A stretch of 61,724 nucleotides of DNA, the filler included, from Sphacelaria rigidula (Eukaryota), in assembly GCA_964200075.2 (NCBI GenBank). It is 8 parts of 8 records of this genome, joined end to end, with 100 filler letters (N's around TTAATTAATTAA, not from the genome) between each part and the next. Parts side by side here need not be neighbours in the genome. Positions count along the whole stretch, not along the records: positions 54,098 to 61,724 come from CAXNAA020014038.1; 7 more parts are not named here. One strand, 5' to 3'. The notes under the pieces were generated by a model. The model was not told the DNA's origin. It was given only the letters and a program-made list of their open reading frames with translations, and did no database searches. Positions 53,998 through 61,724 of the stretch are shown one piece after another. The position numbers and the translations under genes were made by a program. The first letter of the stretch is position 1, and each line of letters starts with the position of its first letter.

Positions 53998-55318
53998 NNN
54001 NNNNNNNNNNNNNNNNNNNNNNNNNNNNNNNNNNNNNNNNNTTAATTAATTAANNNNNNNNNNNNNNNNNNNNNNNNNNNNNNNNNNNNNNNNNNNNTGA
54101 TTGCGAGCCTAGTCCGGCGAAAACCCGGTGTGCTCCGTCCCGGCTTTGTAGGGATGCGAGGTCAAAGGTCTTATGAGTACCCACCACCACCACCACCACC
54201 ACCTCCCCTTGACAGTATGATTAATAGTTATATCCTGACACCCGACCGACCATTTGGATTATCTCCCCTGTAGACACTTTTTTTTATTCGCATGTTGTAC
54301 CTTGATTCCCCAGTTTAGCATATTATGTTTCAGGCTTTTAGCAGTAGGCGCTTACTACACAGGGACTATGATTTGAATCTTGGTCCTACTCTCGTCCTTA
54401 ACCCTTACCCTGTAAGGGCGTGGGGGGAAGGGGGAGGTGGTATTTTACATATGGTAGTCAGCATCAGAGTCTTCAGGGTTGTTTTAGGAATTTTCTCGCG
54501 TTCTATTCTTCGATAGAACTCGAAAGTTCTACGATCATCCGCAAAACACAGTGCCCAAGTTATTGTCTCTTTGTATTATCGGGCGATACGAGTGGATACC
54601 CCATTATCAGGAGGGTGCTATTGACCGTGATCCACAGTTTTTCGACTCTAGTGCAATGGCAGATGGAATAAAATAAAATAAAAAATTCCTCACAAATACG
54701 ATCGGAATATGCTTGATCGATCGAAAATACCGAATAGTCAGAATCTGGGCTGACATCTGGCAGGACCCCCGATGACCGGTCATCCCCTAAGTCACTCAAC
54801 GTTGAGGAAACACGTTTGTTTTTCTCTTGGAATGTAAAGCGGATACGAGCATCTTCAGATATCCAATGTTATCAGCGATGGCAAGCGAAAGAGCGTAAGA
54901 AAATTGCCAATCACGAAGAAATTGTAAAATGAATAAATAGTTCAAACGCTAACTACCAGGGACTCTTCCCTCTGCCCAACAATCATCTTCAAATGTTGTC
55001 CCGTTTGTCATCTTCGTTCTTCTTTTGCCGCCTTCCCTTCTTGTCTGCTTCTCTCTCGGAAACGGGCATGAAACACCCAACACTACTCATGGACGGAAAA
55101 CACAACATCGGCCGGCCGGCCGGCCGGGGGGGGGGGGGGGCCGGAAAAAAGCAAAAAACCCAAAAAAAAAAAATTTAAAAACGTGCGCTTTCTGCTGNNN
55201 NNNNNNNCATCTTCCCTCCCGAAAACGCCCCAAAAACCCCCACAACAACCAAGAGACGAAAAACCACACACCGGCGGCCCGCCCGGCGGGGGGGGGGGGG
55301 GGGACGCGACGAATGCAG

Positions 55319-58300
55319 ATTCCGAAGACATCAAATTTTAACTACGTGCGCTTGTCCGTGGTGTTCCTGGTGGCTCTCGTGGCGTGTAGCGAGTACTACG
55401 AGTATTGCTCAAACCCCGATTGCAGTCGGCTGGGGCAAAACCTGTGGCTTGTTCTCGCGATCTTACAGGTAAAAAAAAATAAGAGAAAGATATATATATA
55501 TATATATATTTAGAGAGAGAGAGAGATTGAGGAAGAGAATCAGAAGCTACTTGTTCAGAAACAACGATAATCTTGAGACTTATGGGGAAAAAAAGTGCTG
55601 ATGTTTTTCTTGAATATTATTTTGGTGTTGGTGTTGGTGTTGGTGTGTTTGTCGCCGATTTTGAGCTGAAAATGGTGCTCACAATACCGGCGACTTATTC
55701 CCACGCCTGGAGGGGTACAGCATACGGCAGTACCAGCAAAACGTTTGACGCCTGGCTTGGTGTTGTGTTGCAAGTTTACTTGGGAGTATCGTCGTCGTCC
55801 ATGCTATCGGCGGTGTGTTTACTTCTCGGATTTTTTTTCCCGTCAGCTTTCAAGATTCTAAAGTGGAGCCCTGCAGTCGAGGTCCTTCAAGCCAAACGTG
55901 GTACAGAACATACAGGATATCGCAAGCATATACATGATACTACTTGATCGTGTACTGTATAGGGTATATACGAAGCCCATGGCAGAAACGACTGCACAAG
56001 TAGAATGTTCCAACACGTCAGTAAGCGGCCGAAAGCATGGATTAAACTCGGAAGTGAGACTCGCATTCATGTCTTCGGCATGTTGTTGTATTGACATAAC
56101 GCACTATACATGACCTGTACATACGTGCACGTGAAGACTGGGTGGGAAAAAATTGTCGAAGACGCTTTGATGCGCTTGCTGTGGTATAACTTGAAAATGA
56201 AGGAAATTTTCACGATCTGTACAACCCACAACCATGACATCCCGTATTTTATACCTGCGGGTTTTGTGCAGACATGGATGTGGTCTTCTTGCTCCCCATC
56301 CGCCCATGAGGTGTACTCATGATCGTTGCATGCCATAGTCACATGACCATTGACCTCGCATCCCTACAAAGCCGGGACGGAGCACGCCGGGTTTTCACCG
56401 GGCCAGGCCCGTGAGGGGAGAAGGAGTCGTGTCGCACGCTAGCTGTGTACCATGGGGTACAACGTTTTGATGTGTGGCTCCTGTTTTTTTTTGCCTCTTT
56501 TTTCTGCCTCTCCGACTTGAATATACGTACACGTGCACGCACGTAAAAATGCACACGCAAAGACACAAACACGCCATCACACGCGGCCCACAATAAAATG
56601 AAAAAGGTGGAAATTTTGCTGTGGATCAAGTTCTTCCCGCAGCCCCTCTTGGAAGCGTCTTCCCCCGACGACGTGAAGTTGCCGTGGCTCGCGACCCTCA
56701 GCCTGTTCAGCCTTTGGGGACTGCTGTTCTTTGCCGTGAGCAAAGATAATGACAACAACAACAACAACAACAACAGCTGCTTCAGCAACAACGGCGGGAG
56801 AGCGGAAGACTCGGAACGTTTGTTAGCTTCTCAGGCAGACGGTTGTAACAGGCAAAAGAGCGCTGAGAATGACGGCAACAGCACGGGCAGCGGTAGGGAG
56901 GGCTCCGGCAGCGATGTCAATGCACCGCCACGAAGAAATAGGTGGGAGATGAAACAAAAATACGGCACTCGTAGTCGGGGACCGCGAGGATTTATGCTGA
57001 TTGTTTCTTTTTTTGTAAAGATTTTATAAGAGGAGCCGCGTGTGAAACATTTCCGCCCCACCCCCCACCCCTTTTTTTTGGTAGGAGGAGCGTTGGATTT
57101 GCTCCTTTCATGTGTGTATCCACTGGTAATGAGCGGGATGCTGTATATGGTTGTTGATTATGTTATGGCACACACCACGTGAACAAAAGTTAGGTAGCAT
57201 CAAGTCTTCGTGGTGTGTCAGTCGCTCCTGTGAGTATTATTTACGCTGCAGAAGACCAGTTTTCATTCCAAGAGTCGTCATGGTGTCACGCTCCGTGTCC
57301 GGTCGCGATTCATATTTCGTTGTTTCTTTTTGCGCGCGGTTTGATCGAGCGTGCCTGCTTCGCTGCTGAGGAGTGTTGGATCGTGTGTCATGAGTTGTTG
57401 ATATTCTCTTTCCCGTTCGTCACGTTGCTTATCATGTATGAGGGATGGCCATTGTTGAACACGGCGAGCGGTAGGTCGACCTAGGCAGCACAGCGTACTC
57501 CATGCTTTTCGGCGTGAAAAACTGCTGAACTTGCCGTACTCGCTGCACGGTGTGCTTCCACACTTTTTATGTTATTATTGTATCCGTCACATTAGCTCAA
57601 TCTCTCAAACCCGTGGTCACGGAGTGCAAGGAGCATACCATCTATACCCAGAGATCAAACAGCCCGCAGAGAAAGGCGAAAAACAAAATATCTACACGAA
57701 GAAAAGAACCTACTCTACGAAAGATCCGTATAAGATCGATTGAACTACAGGAGACCTACTGGAAGCTAAAAAGTCCCGGCGTGCGACCTGTCCGGCTACC
57801 TTGCCACGTACTGGTGTATGCACAGAGTAGCAACGGCGAGTAAGCCGGTAATCGAACTGTCGCATAAAATGAGAAGCAATTCCAAAATACATCTGTTGTC
57901 TAGAGTGCTGTTCAAAGAGATCCTCTACAGAGCCTGCGCACCGGAGACTGAACAACGTCCGATGAGAAGATCCAAAAAAGATGAGAACAAAAAGGACGAG
58001 CCGATGGCAACGCGGAGGGAAAATGAGCAGCTATGCTCTCCCTTGGGTTCTAGTCAAGTAGAATCGTCATAGTAACACAACAGACAAGGCGTGTCTAGCC
58101 TACACACGACGTAGCGCTACTAGCAAAAAACAGAATCTGTTCAGAGTGTCCTATATTCAACCATGAAAACACGGGATACCATCTGCACCTAGCTACTACA
58201 ACAAAAAAACTATCACAAACACCCAACAGAAAAATAGCATGCCGTCCTCAATGATATTCGCTGCCTTGCTCTGCTCTTCTCCGCTGCAAGGTCCTCCTCG

Positions 58301-59012
58301 ATTTTGACCTCCTGACGTTCCCATCTGTCCTCACCAGCGCCCATGGCCAACGCAACCCCCTGTCCTCGCCAATACCCATAGTTCCACACGTTCTCGTCAT
58401 TGTTGTCGTCGTTGTTTGTAGGCAGTGACCCCTCTGCTTCTTTTCGTGTCAAACACTTCCTCCTTCGTGACGTACTCTGGTTCTGGTCTCAAGATGCCTC
58501 GTCCAGGAGGCTCAACCAGACCCAACCCGTCATCGACGACCGCTTCTCCCCCATGTCGCCGAAACCAGCTTACACACTGGCACACGCTCCTTCATGTATC
58601 AAAGTTGTGCGTGCAAGCTTTCGGCAACAGTGTCATCTGCCTTCACGCACACACCGAATCCCAGCATGCCCGCACTCACAGTGTTGACACACACTTCCAA
58701 CACAGGATATGCCCGCACTCAGGGCGTTGGCATTATTATACTGTATAATAACAGGGGTGGGCGTGCCTGATGTACACCGTGCTGACTCAACTCTACCGCC
58801 ACACCGCGGCTGTCAGGTCAGGGGTAGCAGCGAAAAGTAGTAGCTCCGACCGTCACCCAAAAGTCGCTTCTATCAAACGTTGCATGGGCGAACAAGCCAT
58901 CTTGGTAACATCCATAACGTTTTACTCTCATACATGGTGAATAACGCTCTATCACCCCCTCTTCTACCTTTTTTTCCTTTCCTGCTGCTTATTGTTGTCA
59001 TCATTGCGACTA

Positions 59013-59050
<38 letters not shown>

Positions 59051-59255
59051 GCTGCTGCTGCTGTGGTTTATTTTTTATTCTGCTGCCGTCTCCTCTCGCG
59101 ATGACGGAACGCCGGCTTCTCCCCGCGCCCTCGGCGCCGCACTTGACAGCAAGGGGAAGAAGGTGATGCAGGTGGTGAAGTGGGGTGCTGTGGACGGAAT
59201 GTTCATGCTGTCCTTTATGCCTCTCCTGTATCTGGTGAAGCAGTGGTCGTACTGA
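55319..59255 (+). CDS. Base-exchange phosphatidylserine synthase (PSS/PTDSS family), C-terminal exons: join(55319..55468,56607..56941,59150..59255), 5' partial
   Basis: Spliced IPKTSNFNYVRLSVVFLVALVACSEYYEYCSNPDCSRLGQNLWLVLAILQ|VEILLWIKF resembles the PTDSS C-terminal block (R.....TVRQYY.Y..D..CKRVG...W....LE.IV.IKF). The last exon joins in phase (AG|C) and ends at TGA; it is the least certain part. Confidence 0.78.
56310..56412 (+). repeat. Abundant interspersed repeat; other copies at about 7005-7110, 30930-31045 (-), 50160-50205, 54098-54180 (-), 61660-61724, with stubs at 1-20 and 46250-46270
   Basis: Shared core TACTCATGATC..GCATGCCATAGTCA.ATGACCATTGACCTCGCATCCCTACAAAGCCGGGACGG, usually next to a G-run and often at contig ends. 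Confidence 0.9.
59013..59063. repeat. (GCT)n microsatellite; others include (CT)n 37398-37460, degenerate (TTCGG)n 59860-59950 and (AAC)n 56752-56775 (coding poly-Asn)
   Basis: Direct reading of the sequence. Confidence 0.9.
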
Positions 59256-61724
59256 CTGCGAAATATTTATTCCGAAGTAGCTTATCCCATCATATTAGCA
59301 ATTCTAAAACAGCGTGCGTCTGCTCAGAGTTGCTCGTGTGTCGACCCACGGCTGTTATTAGCGCTGGTCGGCCTACACCTACCCATGTCGTGTCCGCTAG
59401 TGTGTGTTGTCGGGCCCCGCAAGGCGTCGGCGGGGTCCACCGGATTTTGTCGCCGCCGGGGTAATGGTCGTTGAGTCGTATCGTCAGTTGCAGATACTTT
59501 TGTACCTTCGTATTTTTAAGGCGTACGTGTGCGCGTGCTACGCATATGCATGGGAACAGTAGATAGCGTACGCTTTGGGCGGCACGAGTGGCCTATGAGT
59601 CACAAGCGTAAGGTAGAGCATGTCAGGGGGAACACGTTTTCTCTTGTTTGTTTGGTGTGTACATGTCCCCGAATCTCCACAGAAGCGCATGAATGTTCTT
59701 CCGTCGTATCAGTACAAAATAGTCGGTTATTGTATGTACTCTCCTCTCCCTCTCTCCATCTGTTCCTCCCCCACCCCTTTCTCCCTCGTGTGGTGTGATC
59801 CGTTTGTATGTACCATGAGTTGCTTGGGTCTTGTATCAGAAGACCTTTTTTTCCCCGGTTTGGTTTCAGTTTCGGTTCGCATTCGATTCAGTTCCGGTTT
59901 CGGTTTTGGTTTCGTTCAGTCCGGTCCGGTTCGGTTCGGTTCGGTTTCGTTGTCCAGATTGATGGTGGGTCTTGTCCATCCAATGAAGCGGGCAGGTTTG
60001 ATGTGATGAGTTGTGCTTTTCGAGTGTCGAATGGTGTGTTGATGAAAAAACACCATGTTTTGCCCCCGTTCATTCCTACTAGTGGCGCGACGGATGGGAG
60101 TGTGTTTGGCCGTCGCAGTGATGAAATTTATGCAGTTGGAAATGGGCTAGGAGCGCGGAGGAAAGCTGCAAAAAGAGATTAGACTGTTTGGGGGGGGGAA
60201 TGGTGTACTGTAGTTATGTTGCATCGTATATTGTGTAGCCTCTAGCAGAGGAGACTGCTGTGGGCGTTCCCGTTCCTTTTTTTTCGTACTTGTGTTTTGT
60301 TCGTTTCGTTTGTTGTACCCGGCGTTGGGCATTTTTGGTTCTGTGGCTAACCTGGTTGGTGTCTAGGTAGTTCTGGGAAGTTTTTCCACGATCCAAAAGT
60401 TTTGTTCGAGTTTGTCTTTCCTCTGTTAAGTACCTCATTTTTTTTTTATTCCTCATCAGTGAGATTGCTTGTTGCGTAAGTGGTTGTTTGTCGTGACAGC
60501 TCTTTGTCGGGTTTATTCCCGCCGGAGATGTGTGTTTAACGCCCCTTGCTTGGAGTGGAGGGGGCGGTGGGAAAGAGAAGGGGTTCCTGCCATCATCTAT
60601 TTGCTCGAGAAACATATTGTTCACTGGAAGAAGCGGCTTTTCTACTGTATGGTGTTTGCCTTCGGACCTCTCTCTAGAGAATGTTCCGCATTTCGAACGT
60701 GAGCGTGAATGTAAGAGTTGACACGGCGAAACGAAACAGAACAGAGGGGTTGAGATGTGATGTACCCCTAAGCGATAGATATTGGATGTTGGAGTCGCGG
60801 TTTGAGGTGCACATGAAAAATTGGTGTTCGGCGTTGTGAAATAACATTTTCATCGTATCTCGGTAGAGCGATAGACACGCTCTTGGGAAGCAAAGTTGGG
60901 ATGGCGGCCCTCTTTCCCCTATCTACACGTACGTGCGGTTCCGTTGTGGGAAGTATTCCGTTCACTGAATGAGGCCCTGCAGTAAGCCGTGCGCCGCTTG
61001 TCATGCTTCGTTAGATTGCAGCAAATTTGTGCTTTCAACAAATTGTTCACTGTGGCTCCACTGGTCCCTGTGTGTCTTGCGCAACACTTGGGAAAGAAAT
61101 GAACAGTTCCGAAACTTCACACGCATGGTCAGCCCTGCAGTCACTTGACGTTGTAGACCGCTGATACTGAGTTCCGTCAAGTTGCATATATCTATAGATC
61201 GGGGACAACCTTGCCTGTTGATAGTAATACACTGTGTAGATGTACATGTATGGATGGCCAGTCGGGTGGTGGGCTGGATAAGCGAACCTCATCTCCTCTA
61301 TTTTGGAGTGTCTTCGCCCCTCTGACGGATTTGTTTGACAACCACCACCGCGGGAACATGTTCGATGATTGTCTAGTTCATCAAAATGTATTGTGCTAGG
61401 TATTATCTCCACCTTATCTTCATTGATTCCGTGTTACCCGCGTCGCGCCTCGGTGATGTAACCGTTACAGACGGTTAGCCAATCATGGCAAAATGATGTG
61501 GATTCGACGGGGACGTATTGTTCCTATCAGAATCTGCTTTCTGCCGTTGAAAACACGAGGACGTCCGTGAGTAGCGGATAAAGTTGAAGAACAATCCAGG
61601 CGGTTCGGGACCGCTGATCCAAACCGCAATGAACAAGATGCTGGGTACCTCCCGGAGGGGGGGAATGTACTCATGATCATGCATGCCATAGTCGTATGAC
61701 CATTGACCTCGCATCCCTACAAAG

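Noticed and set aside
57531..58748. Several short ORFs inside the last PSS intron
   Set aside because: No domain similarity I can recognise; probably decayed insert or chance ORFs.

Overview
Eukaryotic, intron-rich, repeat-rich nuclear DNA. The gene style suggests a stramenopile, most likely a brown alga; this is inference only. The window is not one locus. It is eight unrelated contigs of 7627-7629 bp (1-7629, 7730-15358, 15459-23087, 23188-30815, 30916-38543, 38644-46270, 46371-53997, 54098-61724), joined by 100-bp N44-TTAATTAATTAA-N44 linkers, so adjacency across linkers means nothing. Splicing by hand recovers partial genes for a DDX54/DBP10-like helicase, a TEY MAP kinase, an axonemal-type dynein heavy chain, an hnRNP F/H-like qRRM protein, a TAP42/IGBP1 protein and a base-exchange phosphatidylserine synthase. 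The rest is mostly nested non-autonomous transposons (piggyBac-, PIF/Harbinger-, Tc1/mariner/Stowaway- and CACTA-like) and non-LTR/SINE pieces. Best leads: (1) a bacterial/plastid-type tRNA-His + tRNA-Thr pair inside a 5-kb intron, with the tRNA-Thr acceptor stem split by a tRNA-derived SINE flanked by an ACCAG duplication; (2) three frame-required GC-AG introns among about 24 donors; (3) a putative intron bounded by a 14-bp direct repeat; (4) a decayed partial copy of a dynein exon. I see no evidence of a multi-gene novel system.
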